Assembly: GCA_000004695.1 (NCBI GenBank)
Contig: CM000153.2
Coordinates: 3,488,001-3,552,000, forward strand
DNA length: 64,000 nucleotides
Direction: 5' to 3'
DNA from: Dictyostelium discoideum
Lineage: Eukaryota
Made by a program: the position numbers and the translations under genes. A model generated the notes under the pieces. The model saw only the letters and a program-made list of their open reading frames with translations, was not told where the DNA came from and did not search any database. Positions 14,144-26,468 of the stretch are shown in pieces. Numbering within the stretch: the first letter of the stretch is position 1; each line of letters begins with the position of its first letter.

Positions 14144-15513
14144 AATTAATCAATTAAAATAAATTGAATAAATATTAAATTAAATTAATAAAATAAATAT
14201 AATTAAAATAAATTTAAAATTAAATCAAAAAATAAATTAAATAAAATAAAGTCCTAGAGTATACCACTTCCGTTACAATAGTTAAATAAAGTTCATAAAA
14301 GTTTTTCATTAAAAAATTTTAGTAAAAGTGGAGTTTTGAATCGATAAAACTGAGGTATATTTATACGAAATATATAGTTAAATAGAGGAATTCAAGGCGA
14401 ATATAATCATATATGTGGTTATAATTAAAATTAAAAAATTAAAAATTTTCCACCCTTTTTCGAAAATATTTATTTTTTCATTTTTTTTATCATTTTTTTT
14501 TAAAGGAGATCGAAAACTAAGGCTTGTTATATAATCAATTGAAAATGGTAATCGTTTATTGATTCAAAGTTAGTAATAGTTATATTTTATTTTTAATTTT
14601 AAAATTAATATTATTTAATTTTATTATTATTCTTTATTTAATTATTTTTTTAATTTTTTATCTACTGAAAAAATTAAGTTTAAATCTACTTGTTACAAAA
14701 AAAAAAAAAAGATTCGATGGACAGATAATAATAATAACTAGATTGAGATCAAAAAAAAATCTAGTTCAATGAAAATAAAATAAACGATTAATTCTAAAAA
14801 TAGAGCAATCATTTTAAATTTTATTTCAATTTTCTACATATGCCTTTTTACAATTGGGAATACAAATTTGTAAAACTGGGTTGTTTTAATTTGAATTACA
14901 CATTCTTACTAAAGTTTGAGTGACTACTCAAAAAAATGAGTTTTGGAAAAAAAAAAAAAAAAAAAATAAATGTTTTAATTAATAATTTAACAATTCTTTG
15001 AATGAATTAATAATGGGGTGACCAAATTTTTTTTTTTTTATTTTTTTTGAAAGGGTGAGAAATGGGGTTGAATAAATATTTTCAAACCTACCTTTTTTTG
15101 TTTTGAAACCCCGAGTCTTTAGGGTTTTTTTTTTTTTTTTTTTTTTTTTATTACCAACCTCTTATACTATTTAATAATTTATTTTCATGGTTTTAATTTT
15201 TAAAAAAAAAGAATTAGTTTATTTTCAATTTTGATGGGGTTTTAAAAATAAGCTTTCTCAACTTCTTTACTACAACGCTTTATTTTCACTAATTTAATTA
15301 GTATTTCATTTTTCCTTGCAAAGAAAATAAGTTTTTCTTTTTATTTTTTTTTTTTAATTTTTTAATTTTTTCTTTTTATCCTTTTTTTTTTATTTTATAA
15401 AAAGAAAAAATTTTGAGTTTTAAAAAATCATTATTAATTATTTAATTAACAATTGTGTATTTTTAAAAAAAAAATTCTATATTTAATTAAACTTTAAAAA
15501 AAAAAAAAAAAAA

Positions 15514-16284
15514 ATGAAATTTAAATCATTACAAATATTAAATTTAATTATAATTTCTTTTTATTTTAATTTATCAAATTCTACAATTACAAATTATGTA
15601 CTATTAATTGGAAGAGATTTAAATTGTACTGAAGATATTCCAAGAGCTTCTTTGTTAACAATTACAAACCAAGCCTATGCTATGAATATAAAATTTGAAA
15701 CCAATGATGAAGTTTTTAATTTTACTTTTAGTAAATATTATTTAAACAATTTAGTTTCATTAGGAATTAATGAATCTCCAATAGCTCTTTTCAATTATAA
15801 TAATTTCACAAATTTAATAAATAATTTAACAAATGAATCTCAGTTTGGTTTAAATAATACTTTTAATTATATAAATACAGTTAGTAAATTTTCAAATTTG
15901 GATAATTTAAAATTGACAACAATTTCAAATTCAGTTTCTCAAATGTTAACTAAAATAAAATCAATTAAAAATGTTACAGTTGCTTTAGATAATAATATTA
16001 AAAGTATTAATAGTCCCACTAAAGTTGTAATGGATAGTTATCAACTTGTTAGTTCCTCTCTCAATTTTGTAAATAATCGTATATCTAATATTATTACCAC
16101 ACTAAACTCAATGAAACAAAATGTGAATGATTTTCAAAATGAGTTGGATTATTATTCAATTATTGGTGATGATGATGATCATATGACAACAATGAATGAC
16201 ATTATGAAATCTTTCTTAAATAATTGTTTTATGTATTACAATTATTCGGTTTTTTTTTCAAGATTTATGATTGATCTTAATTAA
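15514..16284 (+). CDS. 'Family S' secreted protein, 256 aa.
   Basis: ORF with signal peptide MKFKSLQILNLIIISFYFNLSNS. It carries the motifs IGRDLNCTEDIPRASLLT and FSKYYLNNLVSLGINESPIALFNYNNF. Confidence 0.7.
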   Translation: MKFKSLQILNLIIISFYFNLSNSTITNYVLLIGRDLNCTEDIPRASLLTITNQAYAMNIKFETNDEVFNFTFSKYYLNNLVSLGINESPIALFNYNNFTNLINNLTNESQFGLNNTFNYINTVSKFSNLDNLKLTTISNSVSQMLTKIKSIKNVTVALDNNIKSINSPTKVVMDSYQLVSSSLNFVNNRISNIITTLNSMKQNVNDFQNELDYYSIIGDDDDHMTTMNDIMKSFLNNCFMYYNYSVFFSRFMIDLN

Positions 16285-16615
16285 ATCCTTAAATAAATAA
16301 AAAAAATAAAAATAAAAAAAATAAAAAATAAATAAAAATAAAAAAAAATATGTAAATTAAAACCCCAAAATTTTTTTTTTTTTTTTTTTTTTTTTTGATT
16401 ATTTTTTTTTTTTCAAATATTTAAATCTAGTGATTCTATTATTAGATTTTTTTTTTTATTTTTTTTAACCCATACTTTTTTATTTTCATTTTTTATTTTT
16501 TTTTTGATCTATTTTTTGTAAACCAACCAAATGTTTTTTTTTTTTTTTTTTTTTACCTCATATTTTTTTTTTTTTTTTTTATAAATTAAAGTAATAAATA
16601 AAATTAAATAAAACC

Positions 16616-18448
16616 ATGAAAGAATTTATATATTATTATTTTTTATTTTATTTTTTTATTAAAATTATAAATTCTGAAAATATTATTTTTGTAGATTATA
16701 ATATTAAGAGGAATTATAATTCATTTGATGAATGTGGTAGCAGTGATCAACCAATTTGCACATCTTTCGAGGATGCAATCAATAAAGTAATTTTAATATC
16801 AATCAATTCTTTAGATACTCCTACTATTTATATAAATATAATTGGTGATATTAATGGTACAAATATAATATCATTAGGTAATTTATATAATTTTTGTGGT
16901 ACTCTATATATTAGATCAAATAGTAGTAATTCCAATATAAATATTGATGGAACAAATTCAACTCAACAACCATTTCTAATAATTCAAGAACCAGATGAAA
17001 TTAATTTAACAATTTCAAAATGTACAAAAAAAAGAGTTTTTATATTTCAACGTTTAAATTTTATAAATTGGGATCAAACTATTATTAGTATAAATATTAA
17101 TCAAGAAATTAACGATCAACCAATTGATCAATCAAAATTTTTTCAAATATTAATGGTTGATACTTTTATAATTTCATCAAGTAGTATAATATTTGTAAAT
17201 CCAAAGAATTCAAAAGATTTATTTAAAAATTATAATTTTAAGGGTTTACAATTTTATTTTACAACTTCATATTGTATTAATATGAAATCTTCAAAACTAT
17301 TAGCTCCGAATTCTACAGATAATTTTTTACCACCAATTTATATTATTGGTGGTTCGATTATAAGGTTTTTTAATATTCAAAATAGTTCAATATTATCAAC
17401 TCCTTTTATTTATATTAAAAGTGGATCATTGGAATTTGTTAATGATATTTCAATATCAAATAATAACTTTTCAATTTATCCAATTGTTTTATTAATAAAT
17501 TCAAAGTTTTCAACTTTAAAAACAATTTCATTCAATGAAAATGAATTTTTTACTTTTTTTTTATTTTATGAATGCCAAACTCAACCAATCACACCAATTA
17601 ACTTTTTTAATAATATTCAACCACATCAATCAAATTATCAGAGAAAATTATATCTAGGAATTCAATTGGAAAATTCAGTAACTGTAATAAAAAATAGCCA
17701 TTTTACAATACAGGAATATTTAAAGTTTACTTTAAATTTAAATAATACTATTGGAAATGATATATTTTATGTTGAAAATAGTAATTTTATTATTCAATTT
17801 TTGGGATTGGAAAGATTGATTCAAGGTAATCATATGATTAAGGTAATCAATAGTATAGTAACTTTTCAAAATATAGATTTAAAATGGGACGGATTTCCAA
17901 TTATTGGTTCAAACTCAACAATTGATTTCATATATTGTAAAAATTTAAATAATTCATTTTGTGGTTGCTCTACTTGTAATTTTTTAAATCAATCTTTTAA
18001 TTGTGATTTTAGTTCTTCAACAGCATCATCTTTTGAACCAACCGAAACTCCAACTCTTTCTGAAACTAATTCTCCCACAAACACTCAAACACCACCTACA
18101 ATAACCGAGACTCCAACTCATTCTAAAACCAATACCCCAACAAATACTCAAACCCCAAAAATAAACGAAACGCAACCATTTATAACAAATACCCCAACAC
18201 CAACACAAACTTTAAAAAAATCAAATAAAAATAGGAATATAGCTATTATTGTTGTAACTATAGTTTTAGGTGTCACATCAATTGTTTCACTTTTAATATT
18301 TTCAATATATAAAAGATATAATTCTAAATTATCAATTAGGGATAATGATAACATGTTTGGAGCTGGTGATGAAAAAGCATTCTCACCAAGTTTTGATATT
18401 GTGACACCCAATATAAATGAAGATTGCGGTCAAAAAGAAGGATTATAA
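16616..18448 (+). CDS. 'Family L' type-I membrane glycoprotein, 610 aa.
   Basis: ORF with signal peptide MKEFIYYYFLFYFFIKIINS. It has the shared ectodomain motifs VDYNIKRNYNSFDECGSSDQPICTSFEDAINK and SFCGCSTCNF, a T/P-rich stalk (ETPTLSETNSPTNTQTPPTITETPT...), the TM segment IAIIVVTIVLGVTSIVSLLIFSIY, and the tail GDEKAFSPSFDIV. Confidence 0.8.
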   Translation: MKEFIYYYFLFYFFIKIINSENIIFVDYNIKRNYNSFDECGSSDQPICTSFEDAINKVILISINSLDTPTIYINIIGDINGTNIISLGNLYNFCGTLYIRSNSSNSNINIDGTNSTQQPFLIIQEPDEINLTISKCTKKRVFIFQRLNFINWDQTIISININQEINDQPIDQSKFFQILMVDTFIISSSSIIFVNPKNSKDLFKNYNFKGLQFYFTTSYCINMKSSKLLAPNSTDNFLPPIYIIGGSIIRFFNIQNSSILSTPFIYIKSGSLEFVNDISISNNNFSIYPIVLLINSKFSTLKTISFNENEFFTFFLFYECQTQPITPINFFNNIQPHQSNYQRKLYLGIQLENSVTVIKNSHFTIQEYLKFTLNLNNTIGNDIFYVENSNFIIQFLGLERLIQGNHMIKVINSIVTFQNIDLKWDGFPIIGSNSTIDFIYCKNLNNSFCGCSTCNFLNQSFNCDFSSSTASSFEPTETPTLSETNSPTNTQTPPTITETPTHSKTNTPTNTQTPKINETQPFITNTPTPTQTLKKSNKNRNIAIIVVTIVLGVTSIVSLLIFSIYKRYNSKLSIRDNDNMFGAGDEKAFSPSFDIVTPNINEDCGQKEGL

Positions 18449-19241
18449 ATAAAATCTATCCACCAGAGAAATCTACAAATTCTCCCAACTTAGAAAGAAC
18501 GCGACCCTCCACATATCAAAGAAACAATGTTTCAAACGAGTTCAAAAAGGAACGATTCTAAAATATTTAAACAAAGAAATATTAGTTCAAGAAAACTAAA
18601 ACAGATTCATTGAAAATAAAGATGACTCCTGAGAACAAAGAAAAACTCACCTCCAAATAACTCAAAAAATTCGTCAAGAAGAATCAATTCCAACTCAAGG
18701 AGTAACAAAAATCACATTATTCAAATCCACAAAAAAAAAAAAAAAATTGTAAATTGACCATTTGTATCCTAATTATTTGTAATAAACATACTTTTTTAGA
18801 CCAACTTTATTTTATTATTATTATTATTATAAATTTTTTTTATTATTAACTATTAATTATTATCAAGATATTAAATATTATTTAATTTATTACTGTTTTA
18901 TTATTAAAACATTCTTAATGTCTTAGATAAATTTATAATCTCTCCAATCTCACTGGGTTCAAACAATTGACATTAACCATTTGATGGTTATGGTACTAAT
19001 AAATCCTTTCTCTATTATTTGATTGGTACCTATTTTTTAAAATTGCAAATACAGAGCAACAAAGTCATTTTACTTGTAATAACTGATATATACAGTTCCA
19101 AGATTATGCATTTGAACCAGGCTATGTATATGTATGAGAATTGATGAACCTGAAAAACCTGATGAAATTGTTAAACCTATACATATTAAACCTGCTAAAC
19201 CTGCTAAACCTGTACCTGTTAAACCTGTCAAACCAAATGAC

Positions 19242-19292
<51 letters not shown>

Positions 19293-19640
19293 CCAAATTA
19301 TATTTACCTATAATAGATATCTTTATTAAATTATATTTTCATTATTTGTTTTTTTTTTAAACTAGTAATTTCTTTGTTTGAGTTGGTTAATAAATTGGCT
19401 AATTAATAGTTGGGTATATCCAAGCTCTTTTTTTTTTTATTTATTTTTTAATTATTTTTAATAGTTTACATAAAAAAAAAAAAAAGTTTAAAAACAGTTT
19501 AATATTTCTATGTTAAAGGATATCTAAAAAGATACCTCTTTTAAGATTCTCAATTAATAAATGCAAACAAAATTTTGTGTTTCATAATTGACATTATTAA
19601 GTACATTCATGTACTTTTTCAAATAATATATTAGATTCAG

Positions 19641-19683
<43 letters not shown>

Positions 19684-19767
19684 TTGGGTTTAATTATTGA
19701 TAATTTGGGGGTAATAAACTTTTATCTGTTGATTTCCAATTAATGTGTGGTGTTTTTTTATTTTATT

Positions 19768-19802
<35 letters not shown>

Positions 19803-20065
19803 TTTTTTTTGATGGAATAATATTACATATACACCCCCCCACACACACATTACAATTTCAATTTTTATACAAAATTTCCTATTTTATATGGTCAAAATAA
19901 AAAAAAAAAATTAAAAAATAAAAAATAAAAAATAAAATTTAATATAAATAAAAAAAAAAAAAAAATACACTAAATTTAAGTATTTAAAGCAATTTAAATT
20001 TTCACTCTTTTTTTCATTAATAAAATAATTCAATAAACAAATAAAAAACAAAAAAAATAAAAAAA

Positions 20066-20104
<39 letters not shown>

Positions 20105-20113
20105 AAAAATAAA

Positions 20114-20581
20114 ATGAATTTTAATAAATTATTTGTAATATTATCAACAATATTCTTTTTAGCAACAAATTATATTAAGATTGGAGAGGCATCATGTTCA
20201 GAACAATTAGCAGGTTATTTCAATGAAAAAAATCAAAATGTTCAATTAACATTTGTTCGTCCACAAGGTGATGTAGTTTACATAAGCAATACCCTATCAT
20301 ATTATCCCTATGGAAGTTTCTTAACAAATGGTAATTCATTTCCAGCATTGTTTTCATCCAGGACCAAAACAACTCCATCAGGTGTGCAACCATTTGATAT
20401 TGATCAAAAACAAACATCATTCTATGATAGAAGTGGTATTATATTAAGACAAGATGGTTCATTATCAATGAGAGCTTTATGGTCTGGTCCATTCACTGTG
20501 AATTTAACATGTACAAATTCTGGTTCTCTTAATTATGGTATTGCTGATAATGGTTATTTAGTATCATTACAATTTAAATAA
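20114..20581 (+). CDS. Small secreted protein of 155 aa with unknown function.
   Basis: Clean ORF with signal peptide MNFNKLFVILSTIFFLATNYIKIGEA. It has balanced amino-acid composition in a strongly AT-biased context and a poly-A/T-rich 3' flank. Confidence 0.55.
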   Translation: MNFNKLFVILSTIFFLATNYIKIGEASCSEQLAGYFNEKNQNVQLTFVRPQGDVVYISNTLSYYPYGSFLTNGNSFPALFSSRTKTTPSGVQPFDIDQKQTSFYDRSGIILRQDGSLSMRALWSGPFTVNLTCTNSGSLNYGIADNGYLVSLQFK

Positions 20582-20801
20582 AATTATTTATTAAATAAAA
20601 TTATTTATTAAATAAAAAATATAAAAAAATAAAAAAAATAAAAAAAAACAGGCTCTATTCATTAATTTATTTTTTTTTTTTTTAAATTTTTTTTTTTTTT
20701 TTTTTTTTGATTTTTTTTTTTTTTTTTTTTTTCATACATTTCATTTTTTTTTTTTTTTTTCATATATTTTTAAAGTATCGAATAAACTTATATTTATAAA
20801 A

Positions 20802-21885
20802 ATGACAGAAATTCTTAGATATTGTCAAGGTATCATGCAACGTGGTATCAAAGAATCTATTAAAACATTATATTACACAGGTGAACTCAAATTTGGTACA
20901 TTAGTTGGTGTTGATAAAGTTGGTAATAGGTAATGATCAGAATTCTCTTTAAAAAGTACAAAATAAAATAAAATAAAAAATAAAGAAACAGTTTAGAACA
21001 ATAGCATTTAATATCGATATATAATAATAAATTTAGCAATAGTGTAATAGAATAGTATTAGTAATTGTAATTAGTAATAGTAATAGTAGTAAAAGTAATC
21101 AATAATCAGTAATAGTAATAGTAATAGTAATAGTAATAGTAATAGTAATAGTAATAGTAATAGTATAATAGTAATAGTAATAGTAATAGTAATAGTAATA
21201 GTAATAGTAATAGTAATAGTAATAGTAATAGTAATAGCAATAGCAATAGCAATAGTAATTAGTAATACTAATGGTAATAGTATTAGTAATAGCAATAGCA
21301 ATAGCAATAGTATTAGTAATAGTTAAAGTATAATAACAAAATTAGTGATCAGAAAGTGAAACAGAATAATAAAGTGAAATAACAGCAATATTAATAAAGT
21401 GTGAAAAAAATAATAAAAAAATAATAATATTGATTATTTGCAAATTATGATTAGAATGAAAATTGATATTAATTATGTATTATTTTTATTATTTCATATA
21501 TATAAAAAAAGATATTATGAAAATAGACAAGAAATCTATGGAAGACATAGATGGGTAGAATATGGAGATTACAAATCAAATGATCCAACCACCATCCCAC
21601 CAGAATATCACAGTTGGATTCACCACGTTTCTGATAAACTCCCAAGTGAAGTAAGTTAATAAACACAATCATATACTCTAACCTTTATTTTCATTTTTTT
21701 TTAACCCTACTTTATTATTATTATTATAATTTTAGATGCTTCCATTTTCACCAACATACAAAAGACCACATATTGCCAATCCAACTGGTACTGATGGTGC
21801 CTATACACCACCAAATTTCTTATTCAATATTGAAAAATCAAAAGAAGAACTTCAAAAAGAAGAAAAGAATGATAACAAACAATAA
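20802..21885 (+). CDS. ndufa12: NADH dehydrogenase [ubiquinone] 1 alpha subcomplex subunit 12 (complex I B17.2/NDUFA12), about 138 aa. Three exons: 20802..20929, 21512..21650, 21736..21885.
   Basis: The spliced translation is MTEILRYCQGIMQRGIKESIKTLYYTGELKFGTLVGVDKVGNR|YYENRQEIYGRHRWVEYGDYKSNDPTTIPPEYHSWIHHVSDKLPSEV|MLPFSPTYKRPHIANPTGTDGAYTPPNF... It matches the conserved NDUFA12 blocks GTLVGxDKxGNKYYE, GRHRWVxY and PPEWHxWLH. Donors are ag|GTAATG and gaa|GTAAGT; acceptors are aaaaaAG|A and ttttAG|ATG. Confidence 0.8.
21071..21310. repeat. (TAATAG)n / (AGTAAT)n hexanucleotide microsatellite of about 40 units with a few variants (AGCAAT, AGTATT), lying inside intron 1 of ndufa12.
   Basis: Direct reading: agtaatagtaatagtaatagtaat... 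from about 21071 to 21310. Confidence 0.9.
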
Positions 21886-22009
21886 TTTAGTATGAATAAT
21901 AATAATAAAATAATAATAAATAATATAATATATAAAAAAAAAAAAAAAAAAATAGTGATAATAAAAAAAAAAAAAAAAAAAAATAAAATTTTTTAAAAAG
22001 GGTAGTAAA

Positions 22010-24490
22010 TTAATTTATTATTTTATTTGAAAGTAATTGAATTTCATTTGGATTACCATTCAATTCTTCAATTATAATGATTGTTGCATATTGATTATTA
22101 TAGTTATTATTAAATAACCAATCTATTGGCACACTATATATTGATTGACTTGGTTTATTACAATCGATACGATAATTTGAAGGATCATATTCACCAATAT
22201 AACTATAATTCTCAATTGCTGATTGATTACAAATTGATTGAGTTGCCTCTATTAACCAATATCTACCAATTGAATATCCATTAACCCAAATCATACCTTT
22301 ATTCATGCTTGACATATCCAATGCATAAACTGTTGAACTAATATCAATTGGTAATCCAACCAATGATATATTTAATTTATACCATGTTAATGGTTTTTGA
22401 ATTAATGAGGATGATGATGATGATGGTGAAGTTTGCCAATTAATTGTATTATCGTTATTGAATATTTTAATATTTTCACCAATTAAACCAGATTTCATTA
22501 ACCATTGATTATTTGTTAAATTTTGAGAACCAATTAAAATTGAACCTAATATACCACGAGTATAATTTTCCATATGAGAAGCATAATTCTCTAAACCAAT
22601 TGTCATTGATAGAATTTGTAATTGAAAAGTTGTTGAATTATTAATTGGATTTAATTGTAATTGACATAATGATGGTGAAAATGCTGAACCTTGATATTCG
22701 TTATCAATGAAAATATGAACATAATCATAAAATTCTGTAATCGTTAAAAATATATTACCTTTCTCATTATAACTTAATGATGTAGTTGTTACATTTGTAC
22801 TATACCAACAATAATCACTTGTATCTTTTGTAATTAATAATTGTTCAATTGGTGATACTGAATTCACACTATTACCATCACCATCACCACCACCACCACC
22901 ACTGTTTAAATTAAAATCTGAAATTTGAAAAATTGATTGAATTATATTTTGATTAATTGGTTTAAAATTATTAATTGTATTATTATTGAATAATGTATTT
23001 GGTGGAATGAAAGAAGTGTCAAATAGAATTTCATTATTATAAATTATTAAAACTGACCATGGTTGAATTGTATAGGTTTGATTCATCCATTGAATAATTT
23101 TAGGTGTAGTGGATGTACCGTAATTTGTAATGAATGATAAATTTATACCATATTGATGAACTTCTATGAATTGTGATAGGAATGTTGGTGATTTTGGTGG
23201 TTGATTATTTAATAGGTCTGATTCAATTGCATGTAAAACTTGATGAAATTTTGAAGACAATGAAAATTTTGGTTCATTTGGTTGACCAAATTCATCTAAT
23301 GGTGCATCATAATCATAGGATGTGATAATCCAAGGACCACCTGAAGTTCTACCAAAATTTGTACCACCAAACCACATATAATAGTTTATCAATGAACCAC
23401 CATATGCAATGAATCTAGCATTGGAGTACAGTATATCTTGAACTGGTCTTTTTGGTTTTGCTTGACCCCAATTCTCAAACCAACCTATCCAATTCTCTGT
23501 CCAGAATGAAGGTTGATTAGGAAATTGTTCCCAATGACTTGAGATCCAATCATGGCAATAATAACCATTACAAGTGTTAATCGCACTTTCAATATCATTT
23601 TGTTGGCACATTATCCAAGGTATACCAATATTTAAACTTTTTGCAAAATCAATTGACCACTTGGCATACTCTGTCCCGTTGATACCGTATTCTTGTTCCA
23701 ACCATCCATACTCGTTTTCAACTTGTGCCAATATGATTGGACCGCCATTGGGTGCGAAATAATTGTCTAGATATTTCACAACGAATTCCATCCAAATTGA
23801 CATTTCATTCATCCATTGTTGATTATAATCTCTGTAGACAATATTGGGGATTTCTTTTAACCAAATTGGGAATCCACCATAGGTCCACTCTGCACAAACA
23901 TAAGGACCAATTCTAAGATTAACATATAAATCAAACTCTTTACATAAATCTAAAAATTTGGTTATATTTGCATTACCATCGAAATAATATTCACTCGGTG
24001 AATTTGGTTGATGAATATTCCAAAATATATAGGTATCAATAATATCAATACCTGCATCTTTACTTTGTTTCAATATAATTGGCCACATCTCTTCACTAGT
24101 TCTTGGATAATGAATTGATCCACTAAATAATAATTTTCTTTCACCATTAATTATTAATGATCTACCATCATATGTAACATTTATTATTTCATTTTTATTA
24201 TTATTATTATTTTTATTAATTGATTTACCATTCTTTTTTTTTAACAAATATTATTAATAATAAAAAAAAAAAAAAAAAAAAAAAAAAAGAGTTAGTTTTT
24301 TTAATTTTTTGAGAATATTCTATTTTTAAAAACAAAAAAAAAAAAAGAGATTTGATCTCAGTGTGTGTGGTTTAAATTTTTATTTTTTATTTTTATTATT
24401 TTTTTTTTTTTTTATTAATTTACTCACAACTAAAACAACGATTAATAATATTAACCACAATAACTGAAAGTTATTTTTAATAGTACCCAT
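22010..24490 (-). CDS. Glycoside hydrolase family 35 beta-galactosidase, about 761 aa. Two exons: a 21-aa signal-peptide exon at 24490..24428 and the main exon at 24232..22010.
   Basis: The main ORF carries GH35 hallmarks: YDGRSLIINGERKLLFSGSIHYPR, GPYVCAEWTYGGFPIWL, and QVENEYG with the catalytic Glu context. That ORF has no ATG; the ORF caller used TTG. About 240 bp upstream on the same strand is ATGGGTACTATTAAAAATAACTTTCAGTTATTGTGGTTAATATTATTAATCGTTGTTTTAGTT|GTGAGT, which encodes MGTIKNNFQLLWLILLIVVLV (a signal peptide) and ends at a strong donor. The only in-frame acceptor is aaaaaaaAG|AATGGT at 24233. Confidence 0.8.
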
Positions 24491-25398
24491 TATCAATATT
24501 TGTTTCTTAAAAAAATAATAAAAAAATAATAAAAAGTTACAGTGCGATTTAGAGAATTATCTTGAAAATTATTTGTAAACTGAAATGATTTTTTTTTTTT
24601 TTTTGTTTTTTTTTTTTTTTATTTTTATAACTTTTTTTTTTTTTTTTTTTATTTGATTGATCTTTTATTTGTAAATTATAAAATAATATATACTAATTTA
24701 TTTTTATTTTTATTTTATTTTATTTTTTTTTTTTTTAATTTCTTAAAAAAAAAAAATAATTAGAAAATAAAAAAAAAATAAAAAATTAAAAAAAAAAAAA
24801 TTAAAAAAACTATAAAAATTAACCAACCCCACACTTTACCACTAGGTTTACCAATTTTGTTTGGTAATTGGGTAAGTTATTTTTTTAAAAATAATATCTG
24901 GGTTGTTGTTATTTTTAAAATAATTATACATTATTGCCATTGATTGTGCATTCTTAAACATTTTTTATTTTTTTTTCTAATTTATTTTTTTATTGTGGGT
25001 TAAAAAAAAAAAAATTGTTAATAAAAACCTATTTATTGTTATTTAATATTTTCTTAAAAAATATATTATTATAATTTATATATATTTATTTATATTTATT
25101 TGTATTTTTTTTTTTTTAATATTTTTTTTTTAATATATTAATTAATTTTACTTTCACATTCCAATCAAACGGTAACATATACTTTTTTTACCCACATTCT
25201 GACCCCCACCCCTTTTCAAAAACATTTTTTTTATTTAATTTTTTTGTTTTTTTTAAATACCAAATCATAGATGATCAAAATAATTTATTTTAAAATCATT
25301 TTATTTATTTATTTTTTTTTAAAATTTTTTTTATATTTTCTTTTTTTTATCTAAATTATTTTAAAATCATTATTTTATTTATTAATTTATTTTAATTA

Positions 25399-25433
<35 letters not shown>

Positions 25434-26136
25434 GTATTATACAATTCACTATAAAAATTTGACCACACATACCAACCCAAAAATTTAACACACAAAAATA
25501 TTTATTTACCCACACTCAAATTAAACAAATCGTATGTACTCATAATACTTGAAAAAGTTCACAATCAAGAACAACAATACATAATATCAAATAATTTAAT
25601 TAATTCAAAAAATAAATTTCACACCAAAATAAAAAATAATAAAAAATAATAAAAAAATAAATTAAAAATAGAAATAAAATAAAAATAAAAAAATAAAAAT
25701 ATAAATATAAATATCACACACTTTCTCAATTAATTAAAAAAAAATAAACAAAACACCACCATACAAATATTATTATAATCAATTCAAAAATCAAATAAAT
25801 CAAAAAATAAATTAAATTAAAATAAATTTAATAAAAAAAACATATTTGCGCTATATATAAATATTTCGCTTTATATATATACAAAAAATAATAATAAAAA
25901 TAATAAAAATTAAAATAAAAAAAAATAAAAAAATAATAACAACAAAAATATTTACATATCATAAATTAATTTTTTTTTTTTTTTATTTTTTTTTTTTTTT
26001 TATTAACATTTTTTTTTAATTTTTTTTGTATTATTAATAAAATAAATATAAAAAACATAGTAAAATAGTAAAATAGTAAAATAGTAAAATCAATTTCCAT
26101 TTACTTTTTTTTTTTTTTTCTCCAAACACATAAAGA

Positions 26137-26188
<52 letters not shown>

Positions 26189-26191
<3 letters not shown>

Positions 26192-26418
26192 AAAAATAAA
26201 ATTATTTTTTTATTTTCAATTTTATTTTTTTTAAATTCTGTTTGTATGACAGTGACAAATTGTGAAGCATTAAATAATTGGTTACAAGATAAAAAAGGAA
26301 TTCACAATGGTTTCAATGTTTGTGCAAGTATTATTATTGGTGCCTTCATTGTAGGTACACCAATATTTTTAATTGTGAAATTAATTCTTGATCATGTAAA
26401 TAGTGAGTATCTTTTATT

Positions 26419-26468
<50 letters not shown>

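Noticed and set aside
13680-15500. A 1.8-kb intergenic stretch with several normal-complexity blocks (14250-14420, 14480-14560, 14700-14940), considered as a degenerate transposon.
   Set aside because: I cannot recognise terminal repeats, target-site duplications, or RT/integrase-like ORFs. It is more simply the promoter region of the S gene at 15514, and is left unannotated.
21071-21310. A regularly spaced repeat array, considered as a possible CRISPR-like structure.
   Set aside because: It is a tandem hexanucleotide microsatellite with no spacers, in a eukaryotic intron; CRISPR and defence-island logic do not apply to this organism.
21438-21659. The 73-aa ORF starting MQIMIRMKIDINYVLF..., a candidate independent small gene.
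   Set aside because: Its 3' two-thirds (YYENRQEIYGRHRWVEY...PPEYHSWIHH) is exon 2 of ndufa12, entered by splicing at 21512. The upstream M-containing part is intronic.
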